From Spirochaetia bacterium (lineage in GTDB: Bacteria > Spirochaetota > Spirochaetia > DSM-2461), in the NCBI GenBank assembly GCA_963666985.2, contig CAXXIA010000002.1, positions 1,536,001-1,600,000 of the forward strand: a stretch of DNA of 64,000 nucleotides. The letters run 5' to 3'. Each line of letters starts with the position of its first letter. Position 1 is the first letter of the stretch. The translations under genes were made by a program, and so were the position numbers. Below are positions 10,336 to 20,617 of the stretch, in pieces. Under the pieces are notes generated by a model. That model made no database searches, was not told the DNA's origin, and saw only the letters and a program-made list of their open reading frames with translations.

Positions 10336-10962
10336 ATGGTAAGACCGAACAACACAAAAGAACTCTTGGAAATCAAAGCCCTGCAGTTCTTCGCGGAAAA
10401 TGATTATGAACACGCCTCACTCAACGACATCGCACGGGCCCTGGGGGTAACAAAAGGTGCGATTTACCACTATTTCACGGGAAAAGACGATTTGTTCAAA
10501 GCCAGCGTTACCCGGCTGCTGGATGTTATGGAGGAATGGTTCGGCACATCCCTGCCGGATGACTACCCTCTGAAAACGCTGCTCGAAGAACTCTTTAAGA
10601 TTGAGGAAACCTTGGAAAACATGTCGGTTTCCACCTCCCTGGGTCCCGCCGTTACCGAATACATGAACACCATGTACTTGTTCCTTACCGTCCTGAAAAA
10701 ATTTCCGGAACTCACGGAACGGCTGGATGGAATCTATGTGAAATTTCGCAAAAACCTCGAAAACTTATTGGCGGCCGCGGCGGCACGGGGAGACATTCGC
10801 GCGGATACGGATTTTGAAGCGGTGGCTTATGAAATCACGGCCTTCTATGAAGGCGCGCTTCTTCTCGGAGGATTTTCTCAAAAGAAGGAATATGCAGATC
10901 TGGCCCCTCGGGTTTTCGAAGCGATGTGGAAACAAATCGCCGTTGAAAATCCGAAGGAGTGA
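10336..10962 (+). CDS. TetR/AcrR family transcriptional regulator
   Basis: N-terminal HTH SLNDIARALGVTKGAIYHYFTGKDDL. Confidence 0.95.
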   Translation: MVRPNNTKELLEIKALQFFAENDYEHASLNDIARALGVTKGAIYHYFTGKDDLFKASVTRLLDVMEEWFGTSLPDDYPLKTLLEELFKIEETLENMSVSTSLGPAVTEYMNTMYLFLTVLKKFPELTERLDGIYVKFRKNLENLLAAAAARGDIRADTDFEAVAYEITAFYEGALLLGGFSQKKEYADLAPRVFEAMWKQIAVENPKE

Positions 10963-11050
10963 TGGAAAACCTCTCCGGCGGCGAGCCGGAGAATCCCGAA
11001 GAACCGATAAAACCGGAGGCGAAAAGAATGCGCATCCGAGGAGGAAAGAA

Positions 11051-13837
11051 ATGAAACAAATGAAGAAAGGAGGAACGGCCCTCTCACGATGGGCCGAATG
11101 GGCCGGTTCGAATCCCGGAAAGGTTCTGCTCATCACATTGGCGGTAACCGCGATTTTATCCATCGGGGCGGCGATGGTTAAAATGGAGATGACCTTTTAT
11201 TCCATCATGCCCAAGAACTCCGTCCAAGTGACGGATATGGAAAAAATTACGGAGGAATTCCCGTTCGCCTCGTCTCTGGTGGCGGTTGTGGACGGTCGAA
11301 ACCTGCCGCCGGAACAGGCCAAAGCCACCGTTATCTCCGTTATTGATGCACTCTCGGAAGACTTTTCCGCGCCGGAATACGCCGATGCCGTTTCGGGCGT
11401 GTACGGTACGATCAATGTCGATTTTCTTGAGGAACACGGCCTTATTCTGGCAAAACCGGATGTTTTGGACCGCATGACCAGGCTCTACGCCGATACCGCT
11501 TTGCTTCCTTTCATAACGGCCCTGAACAACGATCTTGAACGGGAATATTCGGGCGACGGAGAAGCGCTGGAAGACGACGAGGCTCAGCTTGTTTCCTGGA
11601 CCGGCGGTATCGGCCGTATCCTCGGCGGTCTGGCCGACTCTCTCGGCGGCGATGTTCCGGAAAAAGAAGAAATCGACGCGGCCCTTCGGGCCTATCTCAT
11701 CGGCGACCCCTATTACTTAAGCCGCTCCGAGAACATGGGGCTTCTGTTCATCAATCCGACCTATACGATTAACGATCTGAATCCTCTGGTCCGGCAGACG
11801 GACCGGATTGAGAGGCATTGCAAAAAAATCGCGGCCGAATACGGCGCTTCGGCCGGACTGACCGGGCTCACCGTGGTGGGCAGAGACGAAATGAAAACCT
11901 CCGAACAGGGATTCGGACTTTCAATGATGCTGGCCGTGGTACTCATTCTTCTTTTGATGATCATCATATTCCGCATCCGTTCCACCCCGCTCATTATCGG
12001 AATACCGCTTCTTCTCGGCGTTTACTGGACCGCGGGCCTGACGGGATTTACAATCCGCCGGCTGAACATCCTCACCGCGATGTACCTGGTGGCCCTGATC
12101 GGTCTGGGGGTGGATTACGCGATACACATGCTCACCGGTTTCGTCCAGGAACGCGACGGCGGGAAAGACTTCAGCGCCGCTCTGGGCGCCGCTTTCGCCA
12201 AAAGCGGCCGGGGCATCATCACCGGCGCCCTCACCACGGCCGCCGCATTCTTCGCTCTGCTCATGGCCGAAAGCGACATTATCCGGGAACTCGCCCTGGT
12301 GGCGGGCATGGGCATTCTCTGCGAACTCATCGCCATGCTGCTGCTGATTCCCGCTCTTCTGGGACTTCGCCGTCGGCGTTTGGAACGGCGGAGAAAAACC
12401 GATCCCATGCTGATCCGCAAACGCGCCGTCCGTTCGGATTTCACGGCCGGACTGGGAGGTGTGGTTACCGCCCGGCCGGGACTCATCGTTATAATTCTCC
12501 TGCTGACGGGCACGCTTCTGGCGGTTCAAAGTCCGAACGTCGAACTTGAAGACAACCTGATGAACATGGAAGCCGAAGGTCTCGAATCCATTGAACTGCA
12601 GGATCTGATGGTGGAGGAATTCGGCACGGCGCCCGACGTTCTCTACATCATCACCGATGCGGACAATCCGGACATCCTTCCGTCCATGACGGAAAACCTT
12701 GAAGATTTGGAATCGGTGAAAGCCGCAGACGCGGTAACCGACTGGATGCCCACGGAAGCGCAGCTCGCCGAGCGCCGCCCTTATCTCGGCCGAATCCGTA
12801 CGGCTTTGGAGGTGTCCGCCGAAAAAAATCAAGAGGTCCTGCCCGATCCGTATTCGATTCTCGATGAACTCCTGCGCCTGGAAGCCAATCTTATCGAGAT
12901 GGGCGATTTGGCGGTGCTCGGCGGAACAGACCGGGCCGCCCACGCCCTGAACTCGGTAACCGGCCTGGACATGGACGGAAACAAAACGGCCGAAAGCGTG
13001 TTCGACCGTCTCTTTGAAATCCTGGAATCGGCCGATCCCGAGGACTCCGCGAAAGCCCTGGCCGCTTACGATAGGGCCTTCGCGCCGATATTGGCTTCCC
13101 GAGTCCGCGCCATGGCCGAGACCGGCGGGATTACCAAAGAGATGCTGCCCGAAATCGTCCGGGAAACCTTCTTTTCCAAAGACGGGAAGAATACTCTCGT
13201 AACGATTTCTCCGCGGAAAAATCCGTGGGAAGGAGAATTCCGATCGGTCTTCACCTCTCAGGTAAAAACCGTAACCGATCGAAGCACCGGCATGATTCTG
13301 GCGGCCGATCAGCTTATCACCATTGCAGAATCGGACAGCAAAAAGGCGGTCGCCGCGGCTCTTATCGCGGTATTCCTGATCCTTCTCGCGGATTTCCGAA
13401 ACCTCCGGCTCGCGCTGATTACGTTCCTGCCGCTGGGTCTTTCCTTCGGCTCGCTTTTCGGCATCATGGCGCTGACGGGAATCAAATTCGACTTTATCAA
13501 CATCATCTCCATTCCTCTTCTGGTGGGTATCGGAATTGACGATTCGGTGCACATCAACCACAGATACCTTATCGAAGGAAGGGGAAGGATGAAGGAAACT
13601 CTGGCCAAAACCGGCTCCGCGGTTGCGTTAACGACGATAACGACCATGATCGGTTTCTCCTCCTTCATTCCCTCGCTGATGCGGGCCATGCGAAGCACCG
13701 GCATCGTTCTGACTCTCGCCATGGCTCTGGCCTTTCTCTATTCCGTTCTGTTTCATCCGGCGCTTCTTATTCTCGCCGCCGAGCGTCTCGGGTGGAATCT
13801 GAAACCCCGATTCGGAAACAAGGAGACATCAAAATGA
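11051..13837 (+). CDS. MMPL/RND-family membrane transporter
   Basis: GAGGAGG then ATG 11051; two RND halves with GLGVDYAIH and GIGIDDSVH; large periplasmic domains. Confidence 0.9.
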   Translation: MKQMKKGGTALSRWAEWAGSNPGKVLLITLAVTAILSIGAAMVKMEMTFYSIMPKNSVQVTDMEKITEEFPFASSLVAVVDGRNLPPEQAKATVISVIDALSEDFSAPEYADAVSGVYGTINVDFLEEHGLILAKPDVLDRMTRLYADTALLPFITALNNDLEREYSGDGEALEDDEAQLVSWTGGIGRILGGLADSLGGDVPEKEEIDAALRAYLIGDPYYLSRSENMGLLFINPTYTINDLNPLVRQTDRIERHCKKIAAEYGASAGLTGLTVVGRDEMKTSEQGFGLSMMLAVVLILLLMIIIFRIRSTPLIIGIPLLLGVYWTAGLTGFTIRRLNILTAMYLVALIGLGVDYAIHMLTGFVQERDGGKDFSAALGAAFAKSGRGIITGALTTAAAFFALLMAESDIIRELALVAGMGILCELIAMLLLIPALLGLRRRRLERRRKTDPMLIRKRAVRSDFTAGLGGVVTARPGLIVIILLLTGTLLAVQSPNVELEDNLMNMEAEGLESIELQDLMVEEFGTAPDVLYIITDADNPDILPSMTENLEDLESVKAADAVTDWMPTEAQLAERRPYLGRIRTALEVSAEKNQEVLPDPYSILDELLRLEANLIEMGDLAVLGGTDRAAHALNSVTGLDMDGNKTAESVFDRLFEILESADPEDSAKALAAYDRAFAPILASRVRAMAETGGITKEMLPEIVRETFFSKDGKNTLVTISPRKNPWEGEFRSVFTSQVKTVTDRSTGMILAADQLITIAESDSKKAVAAALIAVFLILLADFRNLRLALITFLPLGLSFGSLFGIMALTGIKFDFINIISIPLLVGIGIDDSVHINHRYLIEGRGRMKETLAKTGSAVALTTITTMIGFSSFIPSLMRAMRSTGIVLTLAMALAFLYSVLFHPALLILAAERLGWNLKPRFGNKETSK

Positions 13838-14622
13838 CCGAACGAAAAATCCTGAAACGAACCCTTATGACCGCCGCCGTGTTCTTCTTTTTCAACGCGC
13901 TCCTCCCGGCCCAAACCGAAGTATCAGCCGATGCCGTCCTGAAAAAAGCCGACCGGATCTTTGAACTCGATAACGTCTATTCGCGCAGCACGCTCTCCGT
14001 TATCCGCTCCGGCCGCGCGCAGGCGCCGCAGGAAATGGAGAGCTTCGAATCCGACGCGGCCGACGGCTCGGCCCGGTCGCTGACGGTCTTTCGCGCCCCC
14101 GCCCGGGTTCGGGGAACCGCTTACCTGACCGTCGGAGACGATTTGTGGATTCGATTCGCTTCGACCGGACGCATCCGCAAATTAAGTTCATCGGCAAAGA
14201 AGAACTCCGCCGCCGGAAGCGATTTCTCCTATGCGGACATGGGAGACGGAAGCAAAACCTATTCGGATCAATACAATGCCGTTCTCGACGGTTCCGATCG
14301 GCTGGACGGCGCGGACTGCCGCCGATTGGTTCTCACGCCCAAAGCCGATAACCGCGACCTCTACGAGAAGCTTGTTGTGTGGATAACGGAGGAAACCTCT
14401 CTCTACGTGAAAATTGAATACTGGGAAAACGGCGCGGCGATTAAAACGATGCTTTTGGAAGACTACCGCCCGGTCGGCGGCATCGAATATCCCTTCCGCA
14501 TTACCATGCGGAGTCTGGCGCGCGATTCGGAAAGCATTATCGAAACGGAAACACTGGAGTTCGGCAGTTCAAAAGTGGAAGAAGGACTCTTTACAACGGC
14601 GTATTTGGAGGACATCCGATGA
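13834..14622 (+). CDS. Outer-membrane lipoprotein-sorting (LolA-like) protein
   Basis: AAGGAG then ATG 13834; FRAPARVRGTAYL, GSDFSYADM motif typical of LolA-like partners of MMPL. Confidence 0.85.
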   Translation: MTERKILKRTLMTAAVFFFFNALLPAQTEVSADAVLKKADRIFELDNVYSRSTLSVIRSGRAQAPQEMESFESDAADGSARSLTVFRAPARVRGTAYLTVGDDLWIRFASTGRIRKLSSSAKKNSAAGSDFSYADMGDGSKTYSDQYNAVLDGSDRLDGADCRRLVLTPKADNRDLYEKLVVWITEETSLYVKIEYWENGAAIKTMLLEDYRPVGGIEYPFRITMRSLARDSESIIETETLEFGSSKVEEGLFTTAYLEDIR

Positions 14623-16124
14623 TGCGCCGCCGCCAAATCCCGAAGCCCCTCGGCGATGAGTCTTTGCGAAAATCGAATTCGGGCGGAAGGAACCGCCGCA
14701 ATCCGTACACCTGCCGCGGGGCGGCGGCCGATGCCGCGGCAGGCGGCCGCCCGAAATCACATTCCTCCTGCCGCGTTCGATCGCTCCGCGCATTCACACT
14801 CTTCACATTCCTCATCCTGACGGCGACGGTCTGCGTCGGAACTCTCGCCGCCGAAACGACATTCGGCGGGATTCTGGAACCGGGCATGGTTTTCAATATT
14901 CCAGGCGGCCGCGGATACGGCGAATCGCCTTTGAATACGGAAAATTGGATGGGATTGACCGATTTGATGTTTCAAAACTCCATCGATTTAAAGCTCGACG
15001 CCCGCGGCGAGACGGGATTCATGGAACTGCGCCTCGGCGTAAAGCAGTTCCCGACGGCCGACCTTTTCACCGGCACGGCGCAGATCGCGGAAGCTCTCGA
15101 CTCAAGCGGAAATCTCACGGGCTACGCCGCCGCCGTCGCCGACCTTTTCTACATTTCCGACGCCTATGCGTTCGTTCTGGACGTGATGCGGGCGAACGTG
15201 GGCTGGTCGCCATCAAACTCGGTGAAAATCACCCTGGGCCGCCAGAGCTTCCTCACCGGATACGGTTACGGCTGGAATCCGGTGGATTTGGTGAATCCGG
15301 CCAAAAACCCCACCGACCCGGACGCCGAGCTTCGAGGCGTGGACGCCCTGTCCGTCCGATTATCCCCGGCCGAACGGCTGGAGGTGAAATTCTACGGAGC
15401 CCTGCCGTCCGAAGGTTTCGCGGCTGATTATGAAGATCTTATGGCGGGAACCGAAATAACCTTCTCGCTCTCCTCCGCGGAGTTCAAATTAGCCGGACTC
15501 TGGGGCGGCTCCGAAAACTCCGACGACGACTCTGACGCTTATCCGCACGCGGGAGCCGCGGCCTTCTTCATCGATCTCTTCGGCGTGGGTTTTTACGGCG
15601 AAGGAGCCGTAAGATCGCGCTCCAGGCGCAACGATCCGGATGCCTTGGGAGGCGCCTCTCTTCTCCGAAACGGCCCGATCTTCTCGGGACTCGTCGGCGC
15701 GGAATACTATTTCGCCGCGGGCCCCGCTCTGGCCGTGGAATACTTCTACAACGGAGAAGGCTGGAAGCACGGAAGCCTGGAAGATTATGTGACGGCGTTA
15801 AACGGCGGACCGGCCGGCGGCGGTATCGGCGAATACGCGTCCCTCTATACGCCGCTGTACTATGCCCGGCATTACATATTGGCGAATCTGATGATTCCCT
15901 GGTACGCCCGGGAAACGACATTCAACATCAACGCCGTTATCTCACCCGATTCGGGCGCCCTCATCCTGACGCCGAGCGCCGAGATTAACCTGAACTTCGA
16001 CGGAACCCTGGTCGCCGAAATCTTCTACTCGGGCTTCTTCGATTTCAACGAATCCGAGCTGAACGAAGCATACCTGGCACCGGTCCGGCATGCGGTTTCG
16101 ACAAGCGTGGCCTATTATTTCTAA
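14619..16124 (+). CDS. Putative outer-membrane beta-barrel protein (DUF1302-like position); start uncertain
   Basis: LGRQ..GYGYGWNPVDLVNP, EYFYNG, C-terminal YYF; ATGA-coupled to the LolA-like gene. Confidence 0.65.
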   Translation: MMRRRQIPKPLGDESLRKSNSGGRNRRNPYTCRGAAADAAAGGRPKSHSSCRVRSLRAFTLFTFLILTATVCVGTLAAETTFGGILEPGMVFNIPGGRGYGESPLNTENWMGLTDLMFQNSIDLKLDARGETGFMELRLGVKQFPTADLFTGTAQIAEALDSSGNLTGYAAAVADLFYISDAYAFVLDVMRANVGWSPSNSVKITLGRQSFLTGYGYGWNPVDLVNPAKNPTDPDAELRGVDALSVRLSPAERLEVKFYGALPSEGFAADYEDLMAGTEITFSLSSAEFKLAGLWGGSENSDDDSDAYPHAGAAAFFIDLFGVGFYGEGAVRSRSRRNDPDALGGASLLRNGPIFSGLVGAEYYFAAGPALAVEYFYNGEGWKHGSLEDYVTALNGGPAGGGIGEYASLYTPLYYARHYILANLMIPWYARETTFNINAVISPDSGALILTPSAEINLNFDGTLVAEIFYSGFFDFNESELNEAYLAPVRHAVSTSVAYYF

Positions 16125-16403
16125 TTCTGATGATCCCCCGAAGCGCCGTCGGTCCGAACCGGGCGCCGTCGGGGGCTCTGGGATTCCACAGTCTTGAAAA
16201 CGGAAAGACTCCTTATAACGATGCGATCAGCCTCTCCCTTCACTGAGGATACCGATAAGTCCATCCTCATCCTCCTCACAATGACAACTACTTTGGCACA
16301 GCGCGATATTGTAATATAGAGGAATAATCAGGCAGTTATAAACATATGACTTTCCGATGAAGCTTCTGTAAATATCGGGAATTCATTCGGGGAGGCATCC
16401 GAA

Positions 16404-18359
16404 ATGTCATCAAGTAGAGAAATCGTTCTGGTGGCGGTCAGCGGAAGTCCCTGGTCAACGGACTTGATACGGAAAGCGAGAGTACTGGCGGAATCTCTTG
16501 ATGCCCCTTGGATTGCGCTGCATGTTCTGACTCACGGAAGGTTCACTGATGCGGCGAACAGGGAACGCGTACGATCTAATCTTGAGCTGGCTGAAAACCT
16601 CGGAGCTGAGGCGGTAACGATTCGCGGAGAGAATTCGGCGAGAGAAATTATTATGTTCGCCAAAATCCGCAAAGTCACGAAGATCGTCATTGGTCAGTCG
16701 GTTGACAGGAGATTTTTCCACAGGGATATCTGGCGCTCGCCGACGTATGCCTTGATGAGAAAATCCTTGGGATTTGATGTTTATGTTGTTAAAACACAGG
16801 GCGCCGATTCTAGAGTTACGGAGGGGCCTAAACGAAGACTCTACCGAAGAGGAACTTCATGCAAATCGATATTTTTTAAAGTTATCTGGACAATATTCTG
16901 CATGGCCGGAGCTCTGGCTGTTTCACTGCTGCTGGAAAAATTCGGCGCGGCTGAAGCGAATATTATTATGACCCATCTTCTCGGTGCTTTTCTTGCATCT
17001 CTTAGTACGGGACCCGTGGCGGCTTTGGGTACGGTTTTCTGGGCTGTTCTCCAATTTAATTTCTTTTTTACCCAACCTCGGCTAACCCTCGCTGTCTATG
17101 ACGTGGGTTATTTACCGGTGTTTGCGATTATGTTCGTAGTGGGTACTGTTTCGGCATCGCTGGCGGCCCGTTTACGTAAACAAACGGAACTTACCCGAAA
17201 ACAGGAAGCCCAAACCTACCAGTTATATCTTGTCGGGCAGTCACTGGCGGTAACAAAAAATATGGACGAGATGCTGCAGGAAAGCTGTCGACAGCTTGAG
17301 CAGTTTTATGATGTTGACGTAGCCATTTACCTTCCGGATGGTAACGGAGAACTGGTAAGAAAGGCGCAGAGTTCCGGATATTCGGCGGAAAAGGAAGACC
17401 GATGCCGGATTGAGGAATGCTATGCGGAGGCTCGTCCGATCAACACGACGGACCGAAGACGCGGAAACAAGTCTGTCCGATATGCTCCGATTTACCCGGA
17501 AAAATATAATATCGGAGTTGCCGTACTCATACGCAGAAATACCGATTTCGAGGCAACCGATTCCATGCGCCTGAATACAGCCCTTTCCCTTATCGGCAGA
17601 GCGATCGACAGGGAGAGACTGCTTGAAGAACGCAGAAAAGCCAGTTTGTCGGCGGAGACTGAGAGGGTTCGAAACCTTCTTCTCCGCTCTGTTTCTCACG
17701 ATCTGCGAACACCTCTGGCGGGAATTGCCGGCACCGCCGAAGCGCTGAGATTCGGTTATCCGGGAGATTCGACGATTTCGGCGGCTGCGGAGGATATCGA
17801 AACTGAGGCGCTGAGAATGAGTCTACTGGTTGAAAACATTATGAATCTTACCCGGCTGCAGGATGATCCGACCGCAATTCGGCGAAGCGCGGAGAGTGGA
17901 GATGATATCATGCATGCAGCGGTGGAAGCTGCGAGGAAACGGTACAAAGGACGACGGATAACTCTCCATTTCTCAGACGAGCCGCAGATTGTGGAGGTTG
18001 ATCCTATGCTGATTCAGCAGCTTCTTTTAAATTATATAGATAATGCGGTGAAGTACAGTCCCGAGGGACAACCGATAGACCTTTCCACACACACGGAGAA
18101 CAACAGCTTAAGCCTGATTGTGCGAGACCATGGTGCGGGGATCTCTCGGGAAACTGAATCCATGGTGTTCGAGAAATTCTATCGGAGCGATTCCAACGGA
18201 GACCATACCCGGGGAAGCGGTTTGGGGCTTTATATCTGCCGGACCATCGCTCATGCCCATGGGGGCGAAGTTTTCGTTGAGCCGGCTTCAGGGGGCGGAA
18301 GCCGATTTGGAGTAACACTGCCGTTGGCAAACGGCCTTCTGGAGATTCCTGATGCCTAA
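16404..18359 (+). CDS. kdpD: KdpD-like sensor kinase lacking the N-terminal KdpD domain (Usp-DUF4118-GAF-HisKA-HATPase)
   Basis: Usp region, FNFFFTQPRLTL, VSHDLRTPL, NAVKYS, GSGLGL. Confidence 0.88.
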   Translation: MSSSREIVLVAVSGSPWSTDLIRKARVLAESLDAPWIALHVLTHGRFTDAANRERVRSNLELAENLGAEAVTIRGENSAREIIMFAKIRKVTKIVIGQSVDRRFFHRDIWRSPTYALMRKSLGFDVYVVKTQGADSRVTEGPKRRLYRRGTSCKSIFFKVIWTIFCMAGALAVSLLLEKFGAAEANIIMTHLLGAFLASLSTGPVAALGTVFWAVLQFNFFFTQPRLTLAVYDVGYLPVFAIMFVVGTVSASLAARLRKQTELTRKQEAQTYQLYLVGQSLAVTKNMDEMLQESCRQLEQFYDVDVAIYLPDGNGELVRKAQSSGYSAEKEDRCRIEECYAEARPINTTDRRRGNKSVRYAPIYPEKYNIGVAVLIRRNTDFEATDSMRLNTALSLIGRAIDRERLLEERRKASLSAETERVRNLLLRSVSHDLRTPLAGIAGTAEALRFGYPGDSTISAAAEDIETEALRMSLLVENIMNLTRLQDDPTAIRRSAESGDDIMHAAVEAARKRYKGRRITLHFSDEPQIVEVDPMLIQQLLLNYIDNAVKYSPEGQPIDLSTHTENNSLSLIVRDHGAGISRETESMVFEKFYRSDSNGDHTRGSGLGLYICRTIAHAHGGEVFVEPASGGGSRFGVTLPLANGLLEIPDA

Positions 18360-19056
18360 GACGACGATTCTGATTGTTGAGGACGAAGATCCCATCGCAA
18401 ACTATCTGAAAACGATCCTTAGGACTCAGGATTACAAACCCATCGTTACGCCGCTGGGTAAAAATGGTCTTTCGTTGGCGGCTTCCCACTCACCGGATAT
18501 TATTCTTCTGGATCTAGGGCTGCCGGATATGGACGGTGTTGATTTTATCACGGCACTGCGGGGATGGACGAATATTCCTGTCATCGTGGTTTCGGCCAGA
18601 GAGCACGAACGGGACCAGATAGAAGCCCTGGACGCCGGAGCGGATGATTATCTGGTGAAACCGTTTCGTGCGGGAGAACTGCTGGCGCGAATTCGCGCGG
18701 CACTACGCAGCGCGGCCAGGATGTCGATGGATATGGCTGCTTTGGAAATGGAACGGTATATATGTGGTTCCCTGACGGTGGATACCGCCAATCGCCTTGT
18801 CCGGGTTGAGGGTGAAGAGGTTCACCTGACGCCGATTGAGTATCGGATTCTTCTAATTCTAATGAGGAATCCGGGAAGGGTGCTGACGCATAGTTATATC
18901 CAGAGCCAGGTATGGGGGCAGGTAAATCTGGAACAGCCTGCCAATCTGCGGGTTTTCGTAAGCAATCTCAGACGTAAAATTCAATCCTCGGATTCCGATA
19001 CGCCGATGATACAGACCGAGATAGGCGTAGGTTACCGATTCATCGATTTAGCCTGA
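18352..19056 (+). CDS. kdpE: KdpE-type OmpR family response regulator
   Basis: LDLGLPDMDG, ALDAGADDYLVKPF, LRVFVSNLRRKI, TEIGVGYRF. Confidence 0.92.
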   Translation: MPKTTILIVEDEDPIANYLKTILRTQDYKPIVTPLGKNGLSLAASHSPDIILLDLGLPDMDGVDFITALRGWTNIPVIVVSAREHERDQIEALDAGADDYLVKPFRAGELLARIRAALRSAARMSMDMAALEMERYICGSLTVDTANRLVRVEGEEVHLTPIEYRILLILMRNPGRVLTHSYIQSQVWGQVNLEQPANLRVFVSNLRRKIQSSDSDTPMIQTEIGVGYRFIDLA

Positions 19057-20548
19057 AGAACAGCTGTGGTTTTCCAGGGAAACGCGGGATGAGAAGAACT
19101 AGGATTGTGTAAATTTCAAGCCGTCCGGCGATCATGACGAAAGACAGCCAGATTTTCACGTAGTCAGGAAAGAATCCAAAATTTTCCACCGGTCCGACAC
19201 GGGAAAAACCCGGACCGATATTGCCGATCGCCGCCAGTGTTGCGGTAAGTGCGGTTTCCAGATCCACGTTGCAGGCAGCCACGACAATCGTTGAGATAAG
19301 GACGAGTGCCATGTAGAGAATGATGAATCCCTGTACCGACAATATGGTTGGAGTTTTCAGCGGTTCGGAATTCATACGCGGAACAATAATCGCAAGAGGA
19401 TGTCGCTGCCGGCGAAGTTCGGCGACGGCGGATTTTAGAGATACCGTAACATGAAACATTTTTATGCCGCCGCTGGTGGAACCGACACAACCGCCGACGA
19501 AGAGCAAGAGCAGCAAGATTCCCCGAGCCAGGCCTGGCCATTGAACGTAATCGGCTGTGGCAAATCCGGTGGAGGTCATCAGCGTAGCCACCTGGAAACT
19601 TCCATAACGAAGGCTTTCGCTAAAATCGGAATACAAATCTGCTCGGTGAATAGACAAAGAAGTAATGATTATGCTGGAAAGAAAGAGCAGAAGATAGGCT
19701 TTAAGCTCGCTATCCTTAAAGATACGCTGAAAATCCTTCATAAAAAATCTGTAGTAGATTGCGAAATTCACTCCTGAAAGTACCATAAAAACGGTGATGA
19801 CCCATTCGACATACGGGCTGTTGAAGGCAGCGACACTGGCGTTGCGGGTAGAGAAACCTCCGGTGGCCAATGTGGCGAAACTGTGATTGACGGCGTCAAA
19901 AAGATTGAGTCCGCCGGCAGAAAGAAGAATGGTTTCCAGTACTGTCAGCCCTACGTATATAAGCCAGAAAAGCCGGGCGGTATGGGCGATTCGGGGACGA
20001 AGCTTTTCAACTTCCGGGCCGGGTGCTTCGGCCCGAATCAATTGAAGCCCGCCGATACCGAAGAATGGGAGGATCGCCACGGCGAGTACAATGATGCCCA
20101 TGCCCCCGAGCCAATGGGTGAGGCTTCTCCAGAAAAGGATTCCATGAGGAAGTCTTTCAACGTCACTGAATATTGTCGATCCGGTAGTGGTGAAACCACT
20201 GGCGGTTTCGAAGAGGGCGTCGGGAAAGGAAATCGGTTCAGACATCAGGAGAAAAGGCAGGAGACCGAACAGACAGAATAGAAGCCAGGAGGAGATGACA
20301 ATCAGGACACCTTCCTGGACACGGACTGTTGATTCATCACGCTTGAGAAAAAAGATGAAACCTGCGCCAATGATCGTACAAAGACCTGCGGGAATGAGGA
20401 ACGGAGACAGAGGCTCCTTATAGAGACCGGATACTCCGGCGGTTACGAGAAGACTTACCGCTAATCCGAGCAGCAGAACGGCAAGGCTTCTAAAGACCAA
20501 ACGAACATGCATTAATCGCACGGTACGGTGATTTATGAGGCGGCTCAA
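19040..20548 (-). CDS. trkH: TrkH family potassium uptake permease (start 20548 or 20512)
   Basis: SGFTTTG, ATGGFS, GSTSGGIK, GNIGPG, GRLE. Confidence 0.95.
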   Translation of the reverse strand: MSRLINHRTVRLMHVRLVFRSLAVLLLGLAVSLLVTAGVSGLYKEPLSPFLIPAGLCTIIGAGFIFFLKRDESTVRVQEGVLIVISSWLLFCLFGLLPFLLMSEPISFPDALFETASGFTTTGSTIFSDVERLPHGILFWRSLTHWLGGMGIIVLAVAILPFFGIGGLQLIRAEAPGPEVEKLRPRIAHTARLFWLIYVGLTVLETILLSAGGLNLFDAVNHSFATLATGGFSTRNASVAAFNSPYVEWVITVFMVLSGVNFAIYYRFFMKDFQRIFKDSELKAYLLLFLSSIIITSLSIHRADLYSDFSESLRYGSFQVATLMTSTGFATADYVQWPGLARGILLLLLFVGGCVGSTSGGIKMFHVTVSLKSAVAELRRQRHPLAIIVPRMNSEPLKTPTILSVQGFIILYMALVLISTIVVAACNVDLETALTATLAAIGNIGPGFSRVGPVENFGFFPDYVKIWLSFVMIAGRLEIYTILVLLIPRFPGKPQLFFRLNR

Positions 20549-20564
20549 CGAGGAATCGAGAGTC

Positions 20565-20617
20565 TTTATGAAATCTTTATGCGTGTGAAAAAATCTAAAT
20601 AGAGATTTTAGATTTTT
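20565..20617. promoter_or_regulatory. Candidate regulator sites upstream of trkH
   Basis: TTTATG-N5-TTTATG direct repeat (11 bp period) and perfect inverted repeat AAAAATCTAAA-N7-TTTAGATTTTT. Confidence 0.45.

Noticed and set aside
11921..13561. 546-aa antisense ORF within the MMPL gene
   Set aside because: Shadow frame produced by GC-rich codon bias; no recognisable motifs
16125..16403. Search for a c-di-AMP (ydaO) riboswitch upstream of kdpD
   Set aside because: The characteristic GCTGAA and GGAAC/GGGG elements are not seen
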